64,000 bases of DNA, taken from positions 5,456,001 to 5,520,000 of the forward strand of contig NC_091999.1 of the NCBI RefSeq assembly GCF_044704955.1, given 5' to 3'. Below are positions 40,590 to 50,537 of this stretch, in pieces (the first letter of the stretch is position 1; every line of letters begins with the position of its first letter). The notes beneath the pieces were generated by a model that worked only from the letters and a program-made list of their open reading frames with translations, was not told the DNA's origin and did no database searches. The position numbers and the translations under genes are program-made. This DNA comes from Pristiophorus japonicus (Eukaryota).

Positions 40590-41150
40590 GTCGTAACAAA
40601 GCAACTTAAAAGTCTTGTACGCTGCCTGCAAACGTCCTCTGAGGGCAATGCACAATTATGTACTCAAAAATCTGATTAGGAGCTCCAAAATGGCATGATG
40701 GGGATGCTTTAATCTTTCACCTATGGAGACGTTGTCAGCATCTACCGCGACCAGTTCTGAGGCGCTTGATGCTTGTCCGCTGTTTGTGAGGAAAGTTTGA
40801 ATCTGTGAGGTTGTATGGTGGGGTCCTCTTTACGGAAACCAATTCCGTATATCACAGTTCTTCCCAGCATTTTGCCGTCGTTCATTATGGCTGAAGGTTG
40901 ATCGCTGAAGGGCTTCGACGACGGTGTCGAAATTTGAGGTGGGTTGCTGGTAGGTTGCTCAAGTCGGCCTGGACCGGCATGCCTTTGCTGGTGTAATGGT
41001 TATATTCTCTGAAGATTGCATATTCGCGGTGTAGTTGTGGTGGTGCGAAGATGACAGCCTTCACAACTAATGGCGTCTCACAGGACACAAAACTGGTCAT
41101 TAAATTGACGATCCAGTGACGGTAGCAATCCAAACAAATCAGACGGTCCC
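40590..41150 (-). mobile_element. Non-CR1 LINE 3' fragment (RTE-X-like), degenerate
   Basis: Minus strand reads APPQLHRE..., IKRLRTGRGRC, KIKASPSC..G.PNQ and HCP, resembling the Cys/His-rich C-terminus of a LINE ORF2. Confidence 0.5.
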
Positions 41151-41521
41151 CTCCAAAAAAAATCTACTCCTTGCTCTACTGTAAATACTGATGCAAAATA
41201 ATTACTCTACATGTCGGCCATTTCCTTATTTTCGTCTTCAATATCACCGTTATCAATTTACAAGGGAACCACACTGCTCCTGAACAATTCTTTTTCCGAA
41301 TATAATTGTATAAAAATGGTGTTGATTTTGATATCTCGAATGTTAATTTTCTTATTCCTTTGTTGACCTTCTTACTATCTGCATTGGCACCCTTTGCTCT
41401 TCTTTGTACTTTTACCATTCACCAGGATATGTGCCTTTTTTTTCATTTGGGTATGACTTTTCTTCTAGTTGTATGTTATCTCTTACCTCTGTAGTCGTCT
41501 GTGGCTGTTTTTTTTAAGCAA

Positions 41522-44012
41522 ATACAGCTCTCATTGAAACATATAGGATTCTGATGGGGCTTGACACGGTAGAGGCTGAGAGGATGTTGCCCTCGTCGGA
41601 GAACCTAGAACTAGGGGGAGTAATTCGGAACAAGGAATCGCCCATTGAGGATTGAGATGAGGAGGAATTTCCCCTCCCAGAGGGTCGTGAATCTTTGGAA
41701 GTCTCTACCCCAGATAGCTGCGGAGGCTGAGTCATTGAATATATTCAAGGCTGCCATAGACAAATTCTTGAACTATAGGGGAGTCACGGATTATGGGGAA
41801 CAGCCAGGAAAGTGGAGTTGAGGCCAAGATCAGATCAGTCATGATCTTATCAAATGGCGGAGCATGTTCAAGGCAGCGCATAGCCGACTATTGCTACTAT
41901 TTCTTGTGTTATTTTGTTCTTATGTCCCTTAGGAGTGTAAACTTATTTTGTATCACGTTAAATTATTTTTGTATCTACATCGACTGATCTTCTGTCGTTT
42001 CACGTCTTAAAAGGTTATCCCAGTTTAGTATGGACAGTGTATGTCTCATTACAGTGAAGTCAGTCTTCACTAAATCTACAATCTTAGCAATTGCTTTGCG
42101 TTTCTGCCTTTCAAACACTACGATGAACTCGATGATATTAAGCTCGCTATTATTTAAATGTTCATTAAGTCTGGTTCATTACTCATTGCTAAATCTAACG
42201 TGACATGTCCCCTTAGAAGGATGAGAGGGGATCTTATAGAAACATATAAAATTCTGGCGGGATTGGACAGGTTAGATGCAGGAAGAATGTTCCTGATGTT
42301 GGGGCAGTCCAGAACCAGGGGTCACAGTCTAAGGATAAGGGGTAAGCCATGTAGGACTGAGATGAGGAGAAACTTCTTCACTCAGAGAGTTGTTAACCTG
42401 TGGAATTCCCTACTGCAGAGAGTTGTTGATGCCAGTTCATTGGATACATTCAAGAGGGAGTTAGATATGGCCCTTGTGGCTAAAGGGATAAAGGGATATG
42501 GAGAGAAAGCAGGAAAGGGGTACTGAGGGAATGATCAGCCATGATCTTATTGAATGGTGGTGCAGGCTCGAAGGGTCGGATGGCCTACTCCTGCACCTAT
42601 TTGCTATGTTTCTATGTTGGGGATATTATTGCAGAAAACTATCCTGAACACATTCAAGAAATTCACTTACGTTCTGACATGAGCTAGTCTGCTTCTTCTA
42701 GATGAAGTCCTTACTACTAGGGGAATCAAGGGGTATGGTGAGAAAGCAGGAATGGGGTACTGAAGTTGCATGTTCAGCCATGAACTCATTGAATGGCGGT
42801 GCAGGCTAGAAGGGCCGAATGGCCGACTCCTGCACCTATTTTCTATGTTTCTATGTTTCTATGTTTCTAATCTATATGAAAATTAAAATCTCCCATTAAA
42901 ACCACTCCTTCTTCGCTATATATTACTTTTGTCTCTGTATGTATATATTCTACAACTTCACAGATGCATCCGGGGGGGGGGGGGCTATACACAACTACCA
43001 CTACAGACTAAAATCCATTTTTATTTCTTAATTCTACCCATTACATCTGCACTCCCTGCTTCCCTGTCATTATATCCTCTCTTATTATTGAAGTGATTTC
43101 ATCCTCATTCGTTGAGACTACTTTACCTCCTCCAGCATTTTCTCTACTCTGTGCCTCTCTTCCTTAAATCCACTGAGTCACATTCTGAGTGATGCGGTTG
43201 TATGACGTAGAAGGAATTAGAGAAAGTACATCTGACGAGGGACCAAATGGCCTACTCCTGCTCCTATTTCTTATGTTCTTATTTTAAAATGCTGTTACCC
43301 AATTATTGTATTGGGTAGTTTTACCAGAAACAGAATTGCACGAGATACAGGAAGGCGAATGGAATGTTGGCCTTCATTGCGAGAGGGATGGAGTACAAAA
43401 GCAGGGAGGTCCTGCTGCAACTGTACAGGGTATTGGTGAGGCCGCACCTGGAGTACTGCGTGCAGTTTTGGTCACCTTACTTAAGGAAGGATATACTAGC
43501 TTTGGAGGGGGTACAGAGACGATTCACTCGGCTGATTCCGGAGATGAGGGGGTTACCTTATGATGATAGATTGAGTAGACTGGGTCTTTACTCGTTGAGA
43601 GTTCAGAAGGATGAGGGGTGATCTTATAGAAACATTTAAAATAATGAAAGGGATAGACAAGATGGAGGCAGAGAGGTTGTTTCCACTGGTCGGGGAGACT
43701 AGAACTAGGGGGCACAGCCTCAAAATACGGGGGAGCCAATTTAAAACCGAGTTGAGAAGGAATTTCTTCTCCCAGAGGGTTGTGAATCTGTGGAATTCTC
43801 TGCCCAAGGAAGCAGTTGAGGCTGGCTCATTGAATGTATTCAAGTCACAGATAGATAGATTTTTAACCAATAAGGGAATTAAGGGTTACGGGGAGCGGGC
43901 GGGTAAGCGGAGCTGAGTCCACGGCCAGATCAGCCATGATCTTGTTGAATGGCGGAGCAGGCTCGAGGGGCTAGATGGCCTATTCCTGTTCCTAATTCTT
44001 CCGTTCTTATGT
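41522..44012 (+). mobile_element. Cluster of CR1 3' fragments (41522-41925, 42212-42617, 42703-42868, 43350-44012)
   Basis: RGDLIET/WNSLP motifs in most fragments, and CR1 3' UTR or tail in each. Confidence 0.88.
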
Positions 44013-44135
44013 ACTTTCGCACCTTCTGTTATACCTTCCAGTTGAACACTTGCTCACTTTACTCCGAATAACATATTGCAGCAGGAAATAGAACGGTTAT
44101 TCCAAGGGACTGATGGTGAAGACAGAATAGAGCCC

Positions 44136-44582
44136 ATGTCGTACGGTCACCTCGTTATATTATGCCTGGTGTTCGGTCGATCTTGCCAAGCCTTGTATCT
44201 GTTTGCACCACTGTGAAGCTATGAGACTTTCTAAGTTATTAAACTCAGTGGTGTATTCAAATTTGACGTTTAGTTCACGGCAGATTCAGGCAGATTTTAT
44301 GTCACAGCCTCAGACCGCGCTGAATGTCACTGACGGAGATGGTGTGAAAATAGCCTGTGGTTACACAACAAGTTACGATAAACCCCATCTGTACTGGCAC
44401 CAGCAGCACACGAACTCGGCTCCGCATTTTATTGTGTACCGGGATAACAGCATTAAAGAGGAGGCAGATTTTGTCAGGGGAAGATTGGAGGCCGGCTAGG
44501 CAAACGCAGAAGAGACGTTTGCTTTAACGATCGCTCGAGCGGAAATCCAGGATACCGCCGTATATTTCTGCGGGTTGAGCTT
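44136..44582 (+). pseudogene. TCR alpha/delta-type V gene segment pseudogene
   Basis: Leader-like MSYGHLVILCLVF (44136-44175, weak donor). V exon reads DFMSQPQ..VKIAC..LYWHQQ..APHFIVYR..DFVRGRLEAG*..FALTIARAEIQDTAVYFCGLS, with an in-frame TAG at 44497-44499. Confidence 0.85.
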
Positions 44583-44620
44583 CACAGTGTTTTAAACTCA
44601 TCTTTGGCTGTTCAAAATCA
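44583..44620 (+). promoter_or_regulatory. Recombination signal sequence (two-turn, 22-bp spacer)
   Basis: Perfect CACAGTG directly after the YFC-GLS codons, 22-nt spacer, nonamer-like TCAAAATCA (6/9 to ACAAAAACC). Confidence 0.75.
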
Positions 44621-46337
44621 CAGTGAAATAAAGCTGCTGCAGACGATGCCACAACCTTCTGACTCAGAGGCGAGAGTGTGACTGACTGAGCCACGTCTGA
44701 CACTTACAGAGAGTTTAAGGCAAACCACCCTTGTCTGCGAGTGTCAGCCGTTGATCTCACTGTCTCCTTTGGATCGGAAGGTTTTCGGTTCATGTCCAGA
44801 GACTCCAGAGACTCGGGCACCATAATCCGCGGCCGACCCCCCCCCCCCCCCCCCCGATGCCAGTACTGAGGGAGTGCTACACTGTCGGAGGTGCCACCTT
44901 TCAGATGATGTGTTAAACCAAGGCCCGGTTCGCCCTCGGAGGTGGAAGTTATAGATCCCAGGGCACTGTTTCGAACAAAGCGGTGAAGCTCACCCAGGTG
45001 TCGTGTACCAACATTCATCCCAACATCACTAAAACACTTCATCACATTGCTCTTTGTGGGATCTTGCTTTGCAAATATTGGATGCCGCGTTTCCTACAGG
45101 ACGGCAGTGGCTATATTTTAAAATGACTTCTTTCGCACTTTGCGACGTGTGCGACAGTATGGATGGCCAAGAGCACCGTTTCCCATTTATTGTTGTTATA
45201 TGCCGCATATTAAATACTTCAGCTCCTGAGGCGGTCTCGTTTCCAGGCTGGCGCAGATTATGATAATTATTTGAGTGGCCCTTGCGCCTCGCCAAAAGGA
45301 GACTGCGCCTTTCAAGGGAGCGAGTTGGGGGCTCTTTGAAAGTCGCTGAGCCCAGATACTTATGGGCTCCCGACATCAGAGCGTGCAGCACCGACTGAAC
45401 CTAAAGAGCCGCTCTGTTTAAGGTTAGTAAGCATCATTCACATGCTCAATCTTTCTGTTCTATCTTCACTTTACCCACATCCTGCAAAACGGCTTTTGAT
45501 GACCTCGTTTTTATTTTGGAGGGAAAAAACAGAAAACCGCAGGATGTCAGTTGTAGTGATAAAAATAAATGCATTCCACGAAGAAATATCTTGCGGTTGG
45601 TAACCCTTAGCAACGATTTCCATTTAGTGCTGATTAATGCAAGTGGAATATGGAAGCGTAATCTTCGATTGTAGCAGTTATTTAAATTTTTTATACGACC
45701 ATTTGTGTGCTAGGTGCGTGGGCGGGTGAGAGAAGGGGCGTTGTAAAGCGGTGATGACAGTAGGAAAAAGACAGCGAGGAGACAACTCCTGGAAATATTA
45801 TAATCAGAAAGTGATTGAAATATAAGACTTGACAGTCAACATCTAAACTCATGAGAATTCAGTCCGAAAAGCAAATTATAATCACAACATATAAACCCAA
45901 AGTAGACAAAATGAGCTCAAGTCAAAAATAGTGGTTGGGTGATAAAGTTGGATTGTAAAGGTCTGTTGCTTGCAAGAAGAAGTGTGAAGGAGTTCCATGT
46001 TATAAGATCTTAGAAAAGTATGCATTGGAGTAGAAGATTGTGCAGCGAGTCTTAATGTCAACAATTGAGAATGAAGGGAGGAGGAAGAGCACATTGCATT
46101 ACACTGTTGAAGTTTTGGAGGAACAGAGAGGAACATTCACAAAGAAATAGTGCTCATAGTAACATCAATTAAAACGAAAAAGTTAAAGGTTACTGCGGGT
46201 AGAGAGAGGGATTGCACGTTGGATTACACGAGCTTTTTCTGAATTTTGTCCAGGTAAACAAAATAACCAGTTAATCTGAAGTTTTCAGACTATTTTTGCT
46301 AGTGTTTATTAAAGCTCACAATTATCTGTTATATGCC

Positions 46338-46658
46338 AGAAGAGCCGAGGGCCAAGTGACAGCACGGGGCCAGCCCACACTGTGATATGTGCGCACTAGG
46401 TCAGTGCAGCAGAGCCCGTCTCTAGCTGTCCTGGTTTACCCTTGCCACTGGATAAAGGCCTAGCTCTATCAAGCCCTTGTGGTGGCTGATGTGGAACGGT
46501 CACCACACGTTAAAAAAAAAAATCCACGCACAGGCATCTTTCACCCCTGGAGTTCAGGACTGGAATATCGGGTCCTTCATTGAAACATCTGTGAGCTCTT
46601 CCCTTTTGGTGTGGAAGCAAGTCATCCTCGTTCGACGGACCGCCTATGATGATGATGA
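46338..46658 (+). mobile_element. Short retroposon-like element with a (GAT)n tail
   Basis: About 320 bp, more GC-rich than its flanks, ending in CGCCTATGATGATGATGA. Family not identified. Confidence 0.5.
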
Positions 46659-47662
46659 AGGACAGTTCATCGCTTTACTGGGTGATCTCAACGGCCAAGA
46701 TCTTTTAAGATTCGCTAACAGACCTGCTGCTTTATTCAATCATGTTCAGATTTTCACACCTCAATGAACCCTGGTCAATATCGTCAGGTTCAATAGAAGG
46801 CAAAACTCTGATGTAAATAAAATAATTTTCAACAATTTTATATCATTTTTTTGCCCTTCAATCTCAAAAATGACTTATTTTATTCGGCATACTGTTTTTA
46901 CAATGCATTCATATATTCTCTGATAAATTTAGTGCGTTTGCTTTCACCTTAAAGCAGTATTTAGCAGCGGGGTGCCCTTAAGTCAACTTTCGCTGCCACT
47001 TTTAGTGAAGCATCAGTAACTGTTATGCGGTCGCCTTGATGATAAAATTCTCCCAATTGTACCGGATGTTTACACTAAACTGGTTGATGCAGTTTGTGGT
47101 CACACCGAGGACACAGCGGGATAATGCGAATCATCCATAGTTACAGCTACTGGGGTAAGGCTTTAGTAATCTGCATGGACATCACATGTGGGAATCGGAG
47201 AATTTAGACAGAGCGAGGCAGAGAAAATGCGTTGATTGATAAATTCTACAAAATATATGTAAACTGCGTAGAAATGCTTCTGACCAAAACAGGGAGAAAA
47301 GTCTGAAATCTAACGGGAGGCGGCAGAACAAATGATCACCTTAATTTTGAAACCGTTTTTTTTATCATTTCCAAGCCACCTGATATCACATTTCAACGTT
47401 ACTAAAATCTGAAGGATTTTACGACAGACGAAGTGAAGCAGATCATCTTTCACAGTGTTGCAGTCCAAGCAGAAATCTCTACATTCAAAGATTAAATTCA
47501 CAGTCCCGGCGCGGGAAGGAACAAGGGCTTTCGACAGAAATGTGACGGAGGAAAACGCGACACTTTCCTTCTGCAATTAAAACGATAAGTTCCGACAAAG
47601 GTTAAAACACAACGTGCTTTCTGCAGGTTGTACCACTCTGAGATTCGTGTTTCTGACAAAGA

Positions 47663-47735
47663 TTAAAACACATGGTGCTGTCTGCTGGTGGTAGCGCTCT
47701 GATATTCGCATTTTTGAGAGTCCGCCCGTGCCGTT
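47663..47735 (-). CDS. Possible terminal cytoplasmic exon (R-TARADSQKCEYQSATTSRQHHVF*)
   Basis: The TM exon has a donor TCT AG|gtaaaa overlapping its stop. A strong acceptor cttcctctgttccttctccag at 47736 gives 23 more codons. AATAAA occurs on the minus strand near 46880. Confidence 0.35.
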
Positions 47736-48295
47736 CTGGAGAAGGAACAGAGGAAGTCAGTGTAAGTGCAAAATCAGGATGCTTGGAGCGTTAATAACGA
47801 TGTTTTTGTGGTTATAGGTGAACATTCAAATTCTCCATCGCTCTCTCTCTCTGTCTCGTTCTCTATCTCACTCTCTCTCTCTCTGTTTCTGCCTCTTCTC
47901 CCTCACGGTTTCTTTGTGTGTCTGTATGTGTGCCTCTCTCTTTGCTTGTGTCTGTGTCTCTTTCTCTATATTTCGATCTCTGCTTCTCTCTCTAGTCAGC
48001 GATTATACCTCAGTTATCACTTGCTAAATTGAATTGTGCTGGGGCGTTGCACTGTCCCGCCAACCATTTCAAGTTCCCATACAGCAGCGCTCAGATGCGG
48101 GGCAAAGCTCCATTTATGCCGCATCACTAAAATCTCTGACGCCAGATATAGCGTGGGCTAAATACAATGTAAGTTCACATTTACAACATTCCACTAGACA
48201 CACAAATATTGGGTTCAGAAGCTGTTGGAAGACAGGAAATCTCCCTCTGCACTATCGCAAAAAACACTCATCTGGTGAGTATAGCACAGGTTAGA

Positions 48296-48766
48296 TAAAG
48301 AAAGAAATACTTGCATTTATATAGCGCCTTTCACGGCTACCACACGTATCAAAGCGCTTTACAGCCAATTAAGTACTTTTGGAGTATAGTCACTGTTGTA
48401 ATATGGGAAATGCAGCAGCCAATTTACACTCAGCAAGCTCCCACACACAGCAATATGACAATGACCAGATAATCTGGTTTTGTTATGTTGATTGAGGGCT
48501 AAATATCGGCCAGGTTATCGGGGATAATTCCCCTGCACGTCTTCGAAATAGTGCCATGGGATCTTTTGCAACCACGTGAGAAAGTAGACAGGGCCTCGGT
48601 TTAACGTCTCATCTGAAATACGGCACCTCAGACAGTGCAGCGCTCCCTCATCACTGCACTGGAGTGCCAGCCTGGATTTACGTGCTCAAGTCCCTGGAGG
48701 GGAATTTGAACGGACAAGATTCTGACTCTGAGGCGAGTGTGATAGCCACTGAGCCACAGCCGACAC
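48296..48766 (-). mobile_element. tRNA-derived SINE (SacSINE1/DeuSINE-like), near full length
   Basis: Reverse-complement homologue of 36950-37388, with head GTGGCTCAGTGG and TTCT-type tail. Confidence 0.78.
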
Positions 48767-48990
48767 AGAGTAAAGCTCAATTTATACTATCACATCAAAC
48801 ACTCCCAGAGCAAGTGCAGCACGGGTTAGAAACAGACTAAAGCTCCTTCTATACTTGTCCCAGCAAACACTCCCAGGGCAGGTGCAGCACTGTTTAGTTA
48901 CAGAATGAAGCTCCCTCTACACTGTCCCCATCCAGCACTCCAAGGGCAGGTGTAGCACGGGTGAGATAAAGAATAAAGCTCCCTGTACGC
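48767..48990. repeat. ~66-bp minisatellite
   Basis: Three to four copies of AAAGCTCCCTCTACACTGTCCC..AAACACTCCCAGGGCAGGTGCAGCACGGGTTAGA. Confidence 0.75.
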
Positions 48991-50433
48991 AGTAATTTCG
49001 AAGTGAAAGTCCATATTACCCGAATACTTCGCTGTGCGCTCTGTGTAGTCTGTGAAATCAGCTGAGTTAAAAGATCAAACGGCTTCCTGCTGTCCATGGC
49101 TTGTAAATTCGGTAATAGTTTCACGCAGATGGTGTGCTCACAGTAAAGGATATACTAGACATGTGAGAGTCAGTCAGCCACATTCAAATGTGTCAATTTG
49201 GTCACCGATGTGTTTTAGTAATAAATTACAATGGGAAGGGTTGATTGTGGCAATAAAGCAATTTCAGAAGAGTTGAGTGCCTGGTTGTTTAATTTACATT
49301 GTTATTCTGTTAGCATTTCTATGTACCTTTGCGGTATATTGATTTAATAATAGTATGCATGGAACATAGTGATCAAAGTCAATCTTAGTATAAGAAATGT
49401 AAGTAAAAACGGTTTTAGTAGCACACACGGGAATCAGATCGTGCATGTCTCAAAATGCAATCAGCGCTCATTGGAATTGTGAAGTGTTTCTCACTAGCTC
49501 TCATACAGGTTTTGTTAACTATGAAGTTTCAATAAATACCTGCTCCTGCAGTGCTACAACTGAGAGTGTGTGTGCAATCTGACGTTTAAAGCAACGAAAC
49601 GAAAAAGAACAATAAAGTAGTCCAACATGTGCCACTAAACACTTCCAAGGCAAGTACAGCACGGATTAGATACAGAAGAAAATGCTACAACAAACACGTC
49701 GATGTCGGCTACTGCACCAGTGAAATGAAACCCAACTTAATTTATTCTGCCCCATAAAACACCCCAATGTTGGGTTCATCATTGCTCACTTGCGGAATAT
49801 ATCTCTATCCTATTCCATCAAATACTCTAAACTCAAGTATAATATGGTTACATATGGACTAAAGATCTTTGCAAACTTTTCAATTCAGCAATCCCTGGTC
49901 AGGCACAGCTTGCTTTTGACATCATAATATTCCCCTATTGGAGCTCAATAATTGCACTCAACTCCAAACAGCAACATATTGCCAATGTATTGCCAACTGA
50001 TGAAAGCTCAAAACGTGGGACTCCCAATATTGTCCGGCCTGACATGAGCGTCATCGCCTCATGGTTATTACCACAAGAGGAAGCCAATGGCCGCAAATTG
50101 AAACTATATTAAGTCAATCTGATACATTGTGGATTGAGGATGGGAGGTAGGCTGGGGGTGTTCCTTAAAGCTGCCAGACTGTTGTATAGACCCAACTAAT
50201 ATTTTTCATTTATATCCGGGCCGCAGTTAGAATAATGAATATGGAAAATACAATTTAGAAGTGTTCTGGATTTCCAATTCCCACAGTGTATATCACCTGA
50301 AGAGTTTGCAATTCAAAGTGTCAGATATCACCGTTAGTTTATATCAGAGTGCTATGAGCGTGCAATCAGTTAGAAGTACCTCACTTAATCTCAGCTCCCC
50401 CATGACCTATTCATTTGTACATTTCAAACAATT

Positions 50434-50537
50434 TTACCTAGAGTGCCACACACGTGCAGTCATGAGCACACTGATAGCGAGAGTCTTGACCAAGAGCAGT
50501 CTGATGAAGAGAAGGGACAGTCCCATTTCAGTCATGC
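50434..50537 (-). CDS. Exon 5: TCR alpha/delta-type transmembrane exon (GMTEMGLSLLFIRLLLVKTLAISVLMTARVWHSR*)
   Basis: Polypyrimidine tract plus cag acceptor. Hydrophobic helix with R and K five residues apart, followed by LMTARVW (compare TCR-alpha FRILLLK...LMTLRLWSS). Not in the ORF track because it is under 60 aa. Confidence 0.85.

Noticed and set aside
40196-40679. Gly/Pro/Thr-rich ORFs
   Set aside because: Degenerate short-period repeat open on both strands, with no domain or splice support.
44203-44499. Functional V gene, or the NAR-TCR supporting V-delta
   Set aside because: In-frame TAG before the second Cys. It has a leader-like exon and no extra CDR1 Cys.
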